The notes: generated by a model from the letters alone, not told the origin. A DNA stretch of 64,000 bases from Octopus sinensis (GCF_006345805.1 NC_043007.1:60078001-60142000), one strand, 5' to 3'. Shown: positions 1-13,700, numbered from the stretch's first letter. Numbers and translations: made by a program.

Positions 1-1510
1 GGAAGAAATGCCACTAAGCAGCGCAACGGATAAACGGGACGATAAAGACAGACGTAAAGTGCTTTTCGTGTTATTTGTGGACGATGATATAAAGATGGGT
101 TTTCTGCATTTTGTCTTTCAACTTTTATTTTGCAGCAGCATATTTTAGAATTGTTTATCCTCTTTATCCTAACGCATGCTTTGCCACAGGTTCATATTCT
201 TCTCATCACACAAGGTTTCTGTACATCCACTAACTCCATGCCGACAGAGATAGATCTGAAACTGCGCATGCGCGTGTGTGTGATTCTCTGGGTTGTTAGA
301 CCAGCCCAAGTCAACTCTCTTGTCGGTAAGGGTAGTAGTTGTGTAGTAATTGGTTCCTGGTTTGTGTCACTCGTTTGTTGCCACTGCTGTTGTTGGGGTT
401 GTTGTGGCAGATCTTCATTGTAGTTCCTGCTATTGGAGTTGTTCCCTGTTCCCGCAGTTGTTGTTGTTGTTGTTCTTCTTCTTCTTCTTCTTGCTGCAGC
501 AGTCGCAGCTGCTTTGGTCGAAGTTAGTAGTTGCATTTTTGTTGTTGCTACTGGCTTTCTGGTTGCTGTTGTCGGCGTAGTTGTTGTTGTGGTTGTAATA
601 TTGGCAAAAGAGTGGGTCTTCTTCCAGTTGCCTTTTATTATTGTGGACAGAAGGCTTTTAAATGGGAGTTTTACTCGCATCTATGGCATCGAGATTTTCT
701 GTCTTTCCCTTTAACCTGGAGTTGTGTCCTGTTCGACAGCTCAGTTAGTCTAGGGTTCTCGTCCAGTGTATCCGACTTTAACAGGATCAAAGTTTCCAAC
801 CCAATCCCGGACCAATTCTCTTTACGATATTTTTTAATATCAAGCCGGGTATCCGAGTTTTCGAGTACTACATATGCCACCACCCACCAGATGATTAATT
901 CTGCTTGCAAGTCTGTTAGTTTAAGTCCGTGTTTGCATTGGACATTGAATGTTTCTGTGCAAGGAATCTCACTTCTAAAGAGTCATATTGCCTTCTGTGA
1001 GTCATAAAGTTGATGTCAGTCAACTTTAAGCATTATTCGACTTGGATGTGTGAGGCATTAAAATCCCGTTGATTTTTTTTATAGAAGCACATTCATATGA
1101 AATAGTTCTTTTGGCAGTCCTTTCCATCAATTCTGAAAGGAGAGCAAGTAGGATTCTTCTATTTTCTCTATTGAGAAGCTTTTCTACTTCGATCAGGTTA
1201 TTGTGTTTTTCTTCTAAGAAAACCTGCTCCTGTGACCTTGTTATCACTGCAAATAAGTTATTGTTGTTGCTCTTGATGATACTGCTGACGTTGTTTTTGC
1301 AGATGTTTTTGTTGTTGTTGATGCTGCTTGTTGTTGTTAGGCAAGAAGACGGGTACGGGTGATTAGGTGATGGTCTAGGGCTTAGGGGCGGGAGACCCCA
1401 GATCTTGGAAAAAAAAACTTTGGTCGTCTTGTTGTAGTCGAGGGCTCTTCGTTGACGCCCGACACCACTGAGAGGTGGCCCTCGAAGTCGCTGGAAATGG
1501 AGATCTCCAG
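1..1510 (-). mobile_element. Degenerate 5' part of a non-LTR retrotransposon (L1/Tx1-like): ORF1 with CCHC zinc knuckle, probable start of AP-endonuclease ORF2 at the window edge
   Basis: Minus strand 688-647 reads C-H-R-C-E-*-N-S-H-L-K-A-F-C (CX2CX4HX4C with an in-frame stop). Near 170-90 a broken frame gives ...MQKTHL, resembling the LQETHL motif of APE domains. Clade assignment is inference. Confidence 0.5.
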
Positions 1511-1544
1511 GTCCAAATTCTTGAACGGCTGTTGCTGCTGCTAT

Positions 1545-1592
1545 AAGTGGTTGTGGTAGAGGTGGTGGTGGTGCTGGTGGTGGTGGTGCTGG

Positions 1593-1624
<32 letters not shown>

Positions 1625-1625
1625 C
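1545..1625. repeat. Compound (GGT)n/(GCT)n trinucleotide microsatellite
   Basis: Directly visible. Confidence 0.9.
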
Positions 1626-1944
1626 CAGACTTTCTGGTGGTGGATGAGTTTTAAAGCTGATGGTTTCGCAGGTGCTATTTATGTTTTCGAAGTGGCTGGT
1701 TGATCGATATTATAATTGTTGTTGTTCTTGTTGCCATAGTAATTTTCCTGTTCCCCGTCTTATAATTGTTGTTGTTGCTACTGCTGCTATTGCTGCTGTT
1801 GTTCGTGTTATATCTTAGGTAATGGTGATGATCATGATGACGATGAGTGGTGGTGATGATGATCATGATGGTGGTGGTGGTGGTCTTGCTGCTACTGCTG
1901 CTGCTGCTGGAGGTGGTGTTATTATTTCTGTCGTCTGCTTAGCG

Positions 1945-2247
1945 ATCAGACGACATGTGCATCATGAGTAGAAGCAGTGGGGAGCATCATAGCTGTGTGT
2001 TGAGAGGGATTCTTTGGAGTTTGAATAATTCACCTTTGGAAACATGGGTGTTTCGTTCAACATCCTTAAACAACCCTTATTCAGAGACTTTTTGAGCTGG
2101 ATGGGCTACTCGACCAGAAGAAAATTCTAACTGGGCTCCAGCTGCAAGGTCATGTGCTGTTTATCTTGATATGAGATCACCATGTCACGCACACATGGTT
2201 ATGATGCATGTGCCTGGTGTACCCTTATCAGACGGGTAGTCATGATG
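1945..2247 (-). mobile_element. Octopus interspersed repeat, SINE-like
   Basis: About 300 bp non-coding segment recognised from memory as a high-copy octopus repeat; not verified by search. Confidence 0.5.
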
Positions 2248-4605
2248 GGTGGTAGTGGTGGTGGTGGTGGTGGTGGTGGTGGTGGTGGTGGTAGCGTCGG
2301 CGGCGGCGAATGGGACGATGGCAGTGGTTTCTTTCATTTGTCACGGAGTCAATGGTGAGGGGTCACCACAAGGACAGTTCACAATTTGCTTGAGAGTCTA
2401 CATAAAAGATGAAGAGAAACAACGGAGGATGACGATGGAACGAGATAAAAGTATACATAGAATGCAAAGTATGTGAATACATGAATGATGCAGTTTCTCC
2501 TGTTATAGGATAACTTCCAACTAGGGCCAATCAAGGATCCCCACAGATCCGAGATAACCATGACAACCAGAGTCACAAGCCCTAAACGACTGTCATTCCC
2601 TAATCCATAGTTGCATACTTAGAGTAGGTCTATTCCCTCTAACCATTTTTACCACAGTTCATTAGGGGAGACTTGCAGAAGCTATCTTTCTTATTGAAAC
2701 AGGATACATCCCTAAAAATTAACTCTTGAAAGAAATATAATAATCAAAAGTAGAACAGGCAGGAATGAGAAAATGGACAAGGGCTAATTAATACTACAAT
2801 ACTGTCTGTTAAAAACTAATAATATGTATTTATAGTAGCGGGAATAGGTTTAGTATATTGAATGAGAAACGTAAAAGCAAGAATAATGAGTACAAATAAA
2901 AATGAGCATAATAAAAGAGAAAGAAAACTGAGACCTAGTTTAAAAACTAAGTCTTTGATTGCCATCACAGAATATGTGAGTTATCGATATAGAAATGGAC
3001 GGCGGGTAAGTTAAGTAAATATTTAAATTGTAAAAGCTTTAAGAATAACTAAAGACTGCAATTTATTAATTTTAGACAGGGAAAATAAACAATATGTGGG
3101 TTGGTAAATTTAGGTGTAGACAGCAGAATTAAATAAAATAACAACGAATGGTAAGGCACAGCCTTCTTTATTTATGACAAAGAAAGTTTTTGTCTACATT
3201 AAAATGATTGCTTCTAAACTGTTAATTGCTTTTGGACCAGTCATAAGTAAGGTAGAAACATTTAGAATAGTTGAGAGGTATTTTAAGAATCAGTACAAAG
3301 AATGTCTCAGATGTATTACGAAACTAAAAATGGATTTCACTAGGTTTTATTTGGGTAAGTAGTTTAGCTTTTGTTCGAAACGAATAAACTCTGCAAATTA
3401 AAGAAAGAATTCTTAATCCGACCACCACCATCAGGCTATAACAAACTAGACACAATTCACCGGTTAAAAAACTTGAATGAGAAAATAAAATTTGAGATTT
3501 CCTGAAAAACCCAAATGATATTTTTATAGAGATTGTAACTCTAAGTTTATTAACGGTCATACTGATCAAAAAGTCCCGGCATATATGTGCATACGAGCTA
3601 GCACTTCACATGGTTTATTAATGGTTAATCGATAAATATACAAAAAATAAATCCATATTATCTTGGGTTATTGAGTTTAATACACTGATAGAGAAAGATA
3701 TAAAACCAAGTTTGCGAACGGTAAAGAGGTAGAGAGAAAAATAGAGAGTAATCGGTGATACATAGACCATTCACTGGTGTGGAAAACCAGAAGAATTTAA
3801 TAGCGTTGACTGAAAAACTACGAATCAATTATTGAACATGTATAGTTCAATCAACCTGAAAAGCAGTATTGATCGCTTGTGTTTGAAAAAAAAAAGGTGT
3901 AATAAACAGAAAATAGTGAATCCCGGCGGAAGAGAATGGCTTTAGGTGAAATGTAAAGAAGAGTTCATGGTAGCTTTTGAAAGAATAAAATAATTATATA
4001 TATTTTGCTTAAAACCATAAAAGAAAATAAGTATATAAAGCAAAAAAAGCTCGAATATGGACCTGGAAATTTACTTTGTAAAACACAGGAATCACTTCTT
4101 TATAGTTTCTGAGAAACAAAATAACAAATTCTCCGGCAAATTTGATGTTTTAAGAAAGTAAAGAGTAAATTTAAAGCTTAGCTCATATATTAATGATAAT
4201 TTTATTTGAAGCGTTTTTGGTGGGGAAACTGCTCAACATCTACCAGCTGCTAAGTAATTAAGTACAATGAAACTAGATGTTTTACATCTAATCTTGTTTT
4301 AGTGTTGCTCTTTATCGTTTTTTCAAAGTTACAGGGATCATTTTTGAAGGGAATTACAAATACCAATGCAATACTAACAACATTTACCATTTATATCCTC
4401 GGCTCATGTAGTACAAGCGACAGGTTCGAAAACTGTGCTTACAAAGAAGAATCAAGTTTACTTCTTTGCCATCTCTGCCATTTCTATTTCTCTTACTTTA
4501 TCAATGAATAAATTTTACTTTACATTAAAACGAAAAATAAACTATTATGATGATGTTGTAACTGATGATGATGTTCATGCCTCTTCCCAGTTATATTAGC
4601 GACAT

Positions 4606-4907
4606 GTTTGTTCCTTCTCGAGCTATGCCTGGCTCATAAGGGCCGGTTTCCCGGTTTCCTTGGCGTATAGGTTACCCACCTGGACGGGACGCTCGTCCGT
4701 TGCAGGTGGGCTACAAGATGCAGGAGGAAACAGTGAGAGAAAGTTGTGGCGAAAGACTCAGCAGAAGTTCGCCATTACCTTCTGCCGGATCCGCGTGGAG
4801 CTTTGGTGTTTCGCTCATAAACACACACATCGCCCTGTCTGAGATTCGAACTCGCGATCCTTTGACCGCGAATCCGCTGCTCTAACCACTAGGCCATGTG
4901 CCTCCAC
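4606..4907 (-). mobile_element. tRNA-derived SINE (family C) with 14-bp target site duplication
   Basis: Minus-strand head GTGGAGGCACATGGCCTAGTGGTTAGAGC...GAGTTCGAATC (A and B boxes). TATATTAGCGACAT is duplicated at 4592-4605 and 4908-4921. Confidence 0.85.
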
Positions 4908-6299
4908 TATATTAGCGACATAGATAATGTGAAAAAGCACCAGCCAGCAATTCAAAAACTACTGAAAATGAAACGGCACTACCTCATTATCGTTCATATA
5001 ACAACCTGTGTATGGAAGGTTTAATATGTTTCCTAGTTTAACAGTGAGATGTGGCACTTGAGTTCCCTTAGAATGTCCGTTGTCTTGAAAACATTTGAAC
5101 TAGGATCCTGTTCTGAAGATAAACCATGAGAAGTGGTTTCTTGCCACCTTACCTTCATGAGTCTAGGAAGATCCATAAAAAGGGATAAAATGGCTACCGA
5201 CGCTTCGCTACTTCTGATGATGCTGCCATTAAAATTGTTTCTCGCATTTGAAATTGGAAATTTTGTCATCTAAACATCTGCCAGTTACTTTCTTAAAGTG
5301 AGTAGAATGACATTGTTCAAACTGGGGATTGAGAATGGATCGTAGGTGCTTACATTAATGATTTATTACATGAACAGAAGTACTCGGAATATAAAGAAAT
5401 AAGGTTGTATGACTTTATGCCTCATCTCGGAGGCATTAACAACCTAAATAAAATGAATGACCTCAAGCAGAAAACGAAACTAGATTACCAAATCAATTCA
5501 CCTGAAACTTACCTTTTGCTCTTTGACGCTCACTGCATTTCGTGCATAAATAATATACCATTAGTAACTGCCACTGACTCGTAGAGATGTTTGGAGGTAA
5601 AGAGATATGCACCGCTGCACTCCGCTGTTAGCATTTGCATTCCTTTTAGTTTATGTGTTTGCAATATAAATTAGTTTCGTTGTAGCTGGAAATGACATAA
5701 AATGTGAGCTAATAAGTCACTACTACCACTATACATCTAGCGGAAGTTCTTGTATGTATTATATATTTTATATGCATTATATTTTATGTATTAGATTTTT
5801 ATGTGTTATTTTTGATTTTTATGGTATTATATTTGGCACACTCACGAAGATTTTCAACATCATCATCATTGTCATCGCAATCAATACAGTTATCACTACC
5901 ATCAACATCACCATCTCCAACAGCTTTTTCATCATCTTCGACATCATCATCTTCATCGCAAACAGCAGTCACATTGCAGGTTGCTATATTCGACTGGATT
6001 AACGAAATAGATATTTATGGCAAACGAAACACTTCACTCTAAATGCTGAAGGCTTCGTATTGGAATCAGGAAATTGTGACAATTAACAATTGCACATTGA
6101 TGTGCACATGTTAATGAACATTATAATCTCCTCTTGTTATCACAGGCCATGAATTACATCTTTAATGTAGTGCTTATCATTTAAAAGCGGCATCACTTGT
6201 GGCTGATAAGGCCAATACTTGAGTGAAATCTTTATAAGGTCATTGGTTTGTTGGTATTACTGTGCCTCATTCTGTCTACCCGCTTTCCCACTGCAGCAC

Positions 6300-6600
6300 C
6301 CAACATCTCTTTTCCCATCAGAAGCATACTCCTCTACTGCGCTCGGTCATCAGAAAAGCTCTCCCAGGATTTTGTATTAATACCGACCACCTTTCCATGG
6401 ACCACATATGTGAAGCAAGAGAGAAAATGAAACACTTTCTACTTGAGAAGCGTTAGCCGTGTCCTCAATATATCCTAACAAGATAGAGCGGCCTTACCAG
6501 CATCCAAAAAAAGATCCATTAACGCGTACTCACTCACATAACACATCCAGTTCAGTCGGCAGTTTGTTGCTTCAGTTATTTCCATTGATTTTAAATCACT
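6300..6600 (-). pseudogene. RTE-clade LINE 3' fragment
   Basis: Minus frame GINTKSWESFSDDRAQ*RS resembles the RTE C-terminal GI...WE..A.DR..WR motif. Confidence 0.4.
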
Positions 6601-8190
6601 CTTTCCTTTACCTACCATTTGTTTGTATCAATATGTTTGTGAGAATTGTATTGGTATCTGCATCAGCTAAGTAATCGATACTTTTAGGGTGCGCTATATT
6701 AATTTCTGTGTAAAAAAGCGGGTTTATCTTCTAAATCTGTATCATTATATTACTGGTACTCACTTTGCTGATCCTGTATGATTGAAGATTATTCTGAATC
6801 CAGTGAATTATAATTTGAAAAAGTAATGCATCATTTAAAAAAATCTGATAGCATCGTGTGAGGTACTCATTTTCTTAGTAAGACTAATTAAAGACGTTTC
6901 AATAGTGACCATCCCGCTTAATCAGTCTTATTGTATCTAGGACTGAATTATCGAATTTTTTTTTTACCATTCTTTTTTAATATGGAGGTATCATTTGGGG
7001 AGAATTTAGTTGCTATTTCTAGAATATCGAGCATCAGCTAAGAAATACGCTTGTTGGCGGCCTGTTTCAACAAATACAGGACAGGCATAGCCTAGCTATC
7101 AAAAACGGCCGTGCAAAGTGGGTAAAAGAGTAAGCGTCGAGAGAGGTTAGGCTGAAGATTGTTTATGAAAATTGCATTATGAAATATCACATGTTTCAAT
7201 AAAGTATATTCTGTTTATGAAGAGAGAAGAGAAAATAATCTCCGATGAGATGACAATCATTACGATCATCACAATCATAGAATTCTAAAATCAGACGGTA
7301 ATGGCAATTTGACAATATAGCGTAGACAATAGTAACAGAGAGCTAAATGGATCAATACATTCAGAAGTGCATACATATATTAAGTCTTACTGGCGAAGAT
7401 AAGAAAGGGAAACCGCATTTCAGTTATATTGGATCATATGAAACTCTAGCGACAGCCGAAAACACGTGTTCGCTCTTTAATTTCGGAATTAAGATCCATA
7501 ATTTATTTCACAATAAGACAAAATATGTTTTACACATTTCGAAATTGCTAATTTACTGTTAATTCAGACAATGATAGGAGCCTTCTGTAATAAATATAAT
7601 GAAGATGATACTTTTTTTTTTGCTCTACTGACGATGTGTATGTGTTCAGCCGATATATCCACTTGTAAACGAAACAGATATCGTAAATGACAGTAGAGTA
7701 AAAACAAACAGTTAACAAAGAAACCAAAACAAAAAAGAAACAGCAAGTTTAATATGAAAGAAGTGGGCGGGAAGGAAAGGTCGTTTGTTTCAAGGAAATA
7801 AAGATGGGTGATAAAGTATTGACAGTTTACGATTGACGGATCATTTGCTGCGTTGGAGATAGAATGACAACGTTTCACAACGTGAGACATTCGACGTATA
7901 TATGCTTCTAAAGATAACTTGCAAACTAAATATCAATGGTTCGTGCTGTATGTCTGCGCCTCTTTTTGATATTATACTCCTGATGGTATAGCAGTCTCCC
8001 TACAGATCTTCACTCCGAAAGAAAAACAGAGTAGGATTTTACCCATCTACCCACCATTTCGACATGGTTACACCAGAAACTTATATATATGTATATTTAT
8101 CTATCTATCTATATGCGTGTGTATGTATGTATGTATGTATGTATGTATGTATGTATGTATGTATGTATGTATGTATGTGTATGTGTATGT

Positions 8191-8590
8191 GGCTGTGTGG
8201 TAAATAGCTTGCTTACCAACCACATGGTTCTGGGTTCATTACCACTGCGTGGCAGCTTGGGCAAGTGTCTTCTACTATAGCCTCGGGCCGACCAAAGCCT
8301 TGTGAGTGGATTTGATAGGCGAAAACAGAAAGAAGCCCGTCGTATATATGTATATGTATATATATGTGTGTGTATGTGTGTTTGTATGTCTGTGTTTGCC
8401 TCCCCAACATCACTTGACAACCGATGGTGGTGTGTTTATGTCCCCGTAACTTAGCGGTTCGGCAAAAGAGACCGATAGAATAAGTACTAGGCTTACAAAG
8501 AATAAGTCCTAGAATCGATTTGCTCGACTAAAGGCGGTGCTCCAGCATGGCCGCAGTCAAATGACTGAAACAAGTAAAAGAGAGTAAAGA
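8191..8590 (+). mobile_element. tRNA-derived SINE (family A), bipartite with internal (TA)/(TG) run
   Basis: Head GGCTGTGTGGTAAATAGC...GGTTCATTACC; the same sequence recurs at 16483, 23125, 45255 and 47051. Confidence 0.85.
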
Positions 8591-8619
8591 GAGAGAAAGA
8601 GAGTAAAGAGAGAGAAAGA

Positions 8620-8643
8620 GAGTATATAGATAGATAGATAGAT

Positions 8644-8700
<57 letters not shown>

Positions 8701-8701
8701 C

Positions 8702-8788
<87 letters not shown>

Positions 8789-8790
8789 CA
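8620..8790. repeat. (GATA)n microsatellite
   Basis: Directly visible. Confidence 0.95.
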
Positions 8791-9038
8791 TTCGTCTAAG
8801 AATCCATAAATCAAAAGAAATATGCACTAGTACTTTTGTCAGTAGAGGGATTTTCTTCCTTAACTGGCCATCTCTAAAGAGTGCAGGGTTATATATACGG
8901 GTTGTGAAGGTGAGTGTGAGAATATTTTAAGTGTAACATAGTTGCCAGCACCGGTGCGAAACCAGGAGGTAAGATCGACTGTGATGGATACATAATACTG
9001 TACACTTCGACTGATGTGTATATGTGAGTGTGTGTGTG

Positions 9039-9093
<55 letters not shown>

Positions 9094-9612
9094 TCACTCA
9101 TAAACATACACACATGCACACACGCACACACACACACACACACGCACACACACACACAAACACACCCCCGCACATATACACTTCTTTTTTGCTTGCCTCA
9201 GCTAGAAGCTCAAAGCAGTGTTGGAACACCGACATTGATGTGATTTTTAATGTATTTCTTTTCCACAACCCTCACCCCTCCATGTATAATTTTGATGAAT
9301 GAGTGAGTTGGACAACGCTGTCGTCATCTGTGTTTCTTGTCGCAAAGCAGGTCAACCTGCGACTTCAAATACTTGAAAACGAAATGTGTAAATGCTTTTC
9401 AATAATTCCATATCTACTCTTTATAGATCTCTAAGGTTTTCGCGGTGAGGTATTGAAAAGTGGTAGGGGCGCTACACACGCGCGCGCAACGTATATGTTT
9501 TATATATATGTGTATATATATATATATGTATGTATGTATGTATTTATGCATGCATGTATGTATGTATGTATGTATGTATGTATGTATGTATGTATGTATG
9601 TATGTATGTATA

Positions 9613-11226
9613 TAGCCTCAGCCAAAAGTATTAGTCCACCCCAATGTTTTGGGGTTCTGCGATCTCAATGTTAATGAAACTCATGCACATGGTTGATTAT
9701 GGTATATTTCACAATATACATTAGTTTTAATATCTGGTTGATCCTCCTGTAGCTTCAATTACCACTTTTAAACTATACTGTACATATGCAACCAATTATG
9801 AGTAAAATCAACGTCCAAAATTAACTTATGTTTCCTTGATTATTTCAGAGTTTTATACTAAAATACTTTGTAGATACAGTTAATAAACAGTAAAACACCT
9901 AAAACAAGGGAGTTGAGTGAGTGTGAGCGAGATTAAATCGTAGCTCATCATGAAGATGGAATGTCTGAAAGGCAAATTGCTCAGAAGATGAAATGTTCCC
10001 GATGTGCGGTGCAAACTGTCAAGCGCTCCAGAGAGAGCAAATATTCCCGATGTGTGGTGTTTCCGATGTGCGGTGCAAACTCTCAAGCGCTTCAGAGACA
10101 CAAAAGATGTGATGTCAGTACAAAGAACAGGTAGAAAAGAGGTTTCTTCACCTCGTGATGACAGATCCATCATCCGTCAATCGCTCAGAAACCGGAGAAA
10201 AACATCGTCGGAGCTCTGTGCGGACTTCAACGAGGCAAGTACTTCACAAATATCAACCAGAACTGTTAGAAGAAGGCTTGTAGAGTACGGTCTGAAAGGC
10301 TGTAAAGCCAGGAAGAAGCCATGGATTTCTGAAGCAAATATGGAAAAACGTCTTCAATGGGCAAAAAAATCACTCAAATTGCACCAGTGAGCTATGGTCG
10401 AAAGTCATATGATCTGATGAAAGTAACTAAGAGGTAAGATAGTATATGTATGCAATCAACATATAAACTTAATGTAACTGGTTTGTTGCCCAAAATATAT
10501 ATAAAAAAAGCATCCAACATAAAGCTAATATTATTTTTCAAGTTTTTACTCAGGTTTTCGGTACATCTGGTGCAACCTTCATGCGTCACAGAATTGTGGA
10601 AGTATTTAAGGCTGAAGGTCTGGTACCAACCGTGAAACACAGAGGTGGTCCTATCATGGTGTCGGCTTGCATGTCTGCCACAGGACCCAGAGAAATATTT
10701 TTATATCAGGGCAGGATGAATTCAGCTACCTATGCTTCTATGTTATTGGATGTTTTAGAGCCATCAATTGCTAAATTGTATCCAGGTGTGTCGGAAAACA
10801 GTGTTATCTTTCAACAGGACAACACTCCATGTCATAAAGCAATGAATACTCGTCAATGGTTTGAGACACAAATTATTGTTCCCATGGACTGGTCAGCTCA
10901 ATGTCCCGACCTAAATCCGATCGAACACCAATGGAGAACTCTTGATGAAGCTCTCAGGGACACAACAATTAAAAAATAAAGGGAATTTGTACCAACAGTT
11001 GAGAAAAGAATGGAGTAAAATTGCGCCTAGTACCTGCAAGAAACTATTTGATTCAATGCCTAACCGTATAAAAGCGGTAACTGATGCTAAAGGAGGGTCT
11101 ACCAGATATTAAAACTAATATATATTGTGAAATATACCATAATCTACCATGTACACGAGTTTCATTAACATTAAGATAGCAGAACCCAAAAACATTGGGG
11201 TGGGTTAATATTTTTGGCCAAGGCTG
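9613..11226 (+). mobile_element. Tc1-family DNA transposon (DD34E), full length, inactivated
   Basis: About 125-bp imperfect TIRs (TAGCCTCAGCCAAAAGTATT... / ...AATATTTTTGGCCAAGGCTG) flanked by TA; about 1.6 kb. Confidence 0.9.
9895..11112 (+). pseudogene. Tc1 transposase pseudogene with putative intron 10434-10553
   Basis: N-terminal HTH (ELSECERD*IVAHHEDGMSERQIAQKM), GCKARKKPWIS, catalytic SDES / FQQDNTPCH / DLNPIEH with 34 residues between D2 and E. Several stops and frameshifts and a short internal duplication near 9996-10100. Confidence 0.85.
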
Positions 11227-11445
11227 TACATATACGTGTGAGTAGACAAACGAAAGAAGCACGCTCAACACATTTATTGGGAGTTACATGAAAAGATCAA
11301 AACATTTTGATTCAAACTCTTTGGTACTCGAGCGTGTGGCTAGTCATCGGCCATTGGGGTCAGAATCAGACCACAATGGCCGAAGACTAACTACACACTT
11401 GAAACTCAGAGTACCAAGAAGTCTGAATCAAACTGTTTTGATCTA

Positions 11446-11471
11446 CACACACACACACACACACACACACG

Positions 11472-11513
<42 letters not shown>

Positions 11514-11562
11514 CACACACACCACACAACACACACACACGCACACACACACACACACACAC
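11446..11562. repeat. (CA)n microsatellite
   Basis: Directly visible. Confidence 0.95.
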
Positions 11563-12139
11563 AACAATGTGTAATGTCGCTGCTATAGCTACTACTGTAG
11601 CTATTATTGCTAATCTAACACTGTAGTCAGTGATTACTTCTATAAATTACAACTACTACTAATACTACTACTACTACTGCAGATACTGGCATTGTTGTTT
11701 GCTCTCACTGCTGCTATTTCAACTACGCCCACTACTACTGCTACTACTACTACTACTACAACTACTACTACTGTCCTAACAACAAGACATAACCAACGAG
11801 AAAATGCTATTGCCAATAACTAGGTCGACCATTAATACAGGTCGATATAAATATTTAGTTATTGAATGGACATTCAGCAACCAGCTGGTGCTGGCAACTA
11901 TGTTACACTGAGATATTCCCACACTCACCTTCACGACTTATCTCCCCACGCAGCTTCATAAACCACAAACATTTTGTACGGCCCTTGCATTAAGTATACT
12001 CATATATCTACGTATAGGTATATCTGCATGTGTTCATATACATGTGTGTGTGTGTTTGTGTGCGTGTGTATGTGTATGTACGTATACACATATATCTGTA
12101 TGTGTGTATATGTATATATATATATACACACACATATAT

Positions 12140-12147
12140 ATACATGT

Positions 12148-12227
<80 letters not shown>

Positions 12228-12337
12228 ATGTATATGTATGTATAGATATATACAGGTATGTATGTATATATGAGTGTGTGTGTGTGTGCGTGTGTGTATA
12301 TATGCATATGTGTGACTATGTATATATGCATATGCAT

Positions 12338-12400
<63 letters not shown>
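12140..12400. repeat. Two (TA)n tracts within a (TA)/(TG) compound microsatellite
   Basis: Directly visible. Confidence 0.95.
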
Positions 12401-12401
<1 letters not shown>

Positions 12402-13373
12402 TTAAGTGTGAAAACATTAAAGATCTCAATCCATGTTTGGAATAGGAATGGTGTAAGGGCCGAAACACAAGCATAATGATGGTCGTGAAAACCTTCCGCT
12501 GTTCAGCTCTCCCTAGAATTTCAGAATTTCTTGTTTTATCCATAACATTTAGCCCATGATTTCTTCATGAGATACTTTGGATAAAAGAAAATAGGATTAG
12601 TTGCCATGAATTGATATAGATTACTTTGAACAGATGTCAACGATCACTTCTATAGTCACATAAAATACCAGAGAGCAGAGCAATATGTTTTGATACCAAA
12701 ACTTCAAAAAGTATTGGTCGGAATAAATGGCAAAATCTCTTGCATGTCGTGTCTGCTAAACAGTCACAATTCCAGGCTGATGATAATTCATATATTTCCC
12801 ATACATTGCTAAATGCCTTGAGAGAGGAGATGCATGCATTTTACATATTCATCGTGGTGGTGTGGGGTTTGTACATTTTTGTGTAAAGTTGAGCCGATGT
12901 AAAAACAATCAATATTTTAACTAGGAAAATGTAATATGAAATCGATTTCAGAAGTTGGTGTTTGAAAATAAGGATATAAAGATAAATATATATTTATTCG
13001 GCGCAGTAGTACGATAAATAAAGTCAATTATTTCGCAGTTGGCCATCTGAGACATCAATCAAGGAGAGATCAGTCATATTTACTCAGAAGAATAAATATC
13101 CATTCCGTCCTTGCATCAGAACGATAAACAGAATTTATTGCTTGAACTTGTGTAATCAAATATAACCAACAGTTGATTTTCACTCTTAATGACATTAAGA
13201 TAAATAAAAATAGGAATTTTTGCTGACTGTGTCTTCGTTTTTACCACCCATGGACAAAATGAGAATGACGTTTCTACCCCTCCCCGGAGGCAACATCGAT
13301 TGCCCCCATTTTAATGGCTTTCACTAGTTTACTACAATAGATTTATAAATCAGACACATACTAATCCAGACAA

Positions 13374-13426
<53 letters not shown>

Positions 13427-13629
13427 TCACACAGACATGTGACCGGAATTTTTTACTGTTACTATTCTACTTTCAAATTCTACCATATTGTATTTCTAAA
13501 GTGCTTGTTAGCTGGTCACTTTGTCTTCTTTAAAACCCCAAATTTTTGAGAATGGCATTCAAGCATTTACTAACACATTGTATTGAGTACTTAATATTTA
13601 TTACTATAAATGTGAATGTTTAATCTAGA

Positions 13630-13700
13630 TAGAGTAACTGCAGATTTCGAAGCAGTTGCTCATAAATATTCTCACTGATTTTGAAAGAAAAAATCACGTT
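13630..13700 (-). pseudogene. Small R4/Dong-like LINE fragment
   Basis: Minus frame ENIYEQLLRNLQLLYLD matches KENTHTELLRNLQLLDP in the 55135-55488 ORF. Confidence 0.55.

Noticed and set aside
130-714. Overlapping poly-V/L/T/Q ORFs
   Set aside because: They are produced by (GTT)/(CTT)/(GCT) repeats within a decayed retroelement.
2480-4300. Possible mitochondrial insertion (NUMT)
   Set aside because: AT-rich with hydrophobic minus frames, but no recognisable cox/nad/cytb/rRNA motif was found by eye.
11974-12543. YI/CV/HT-repeat ORFs here and at 8089-9302, 36726-37601, 41321-41643, 46286-46540, 49006-49407 and similar loci
   Set aside because: Translations of stop-free dinucleotide and tetranucleotide microsatellites.
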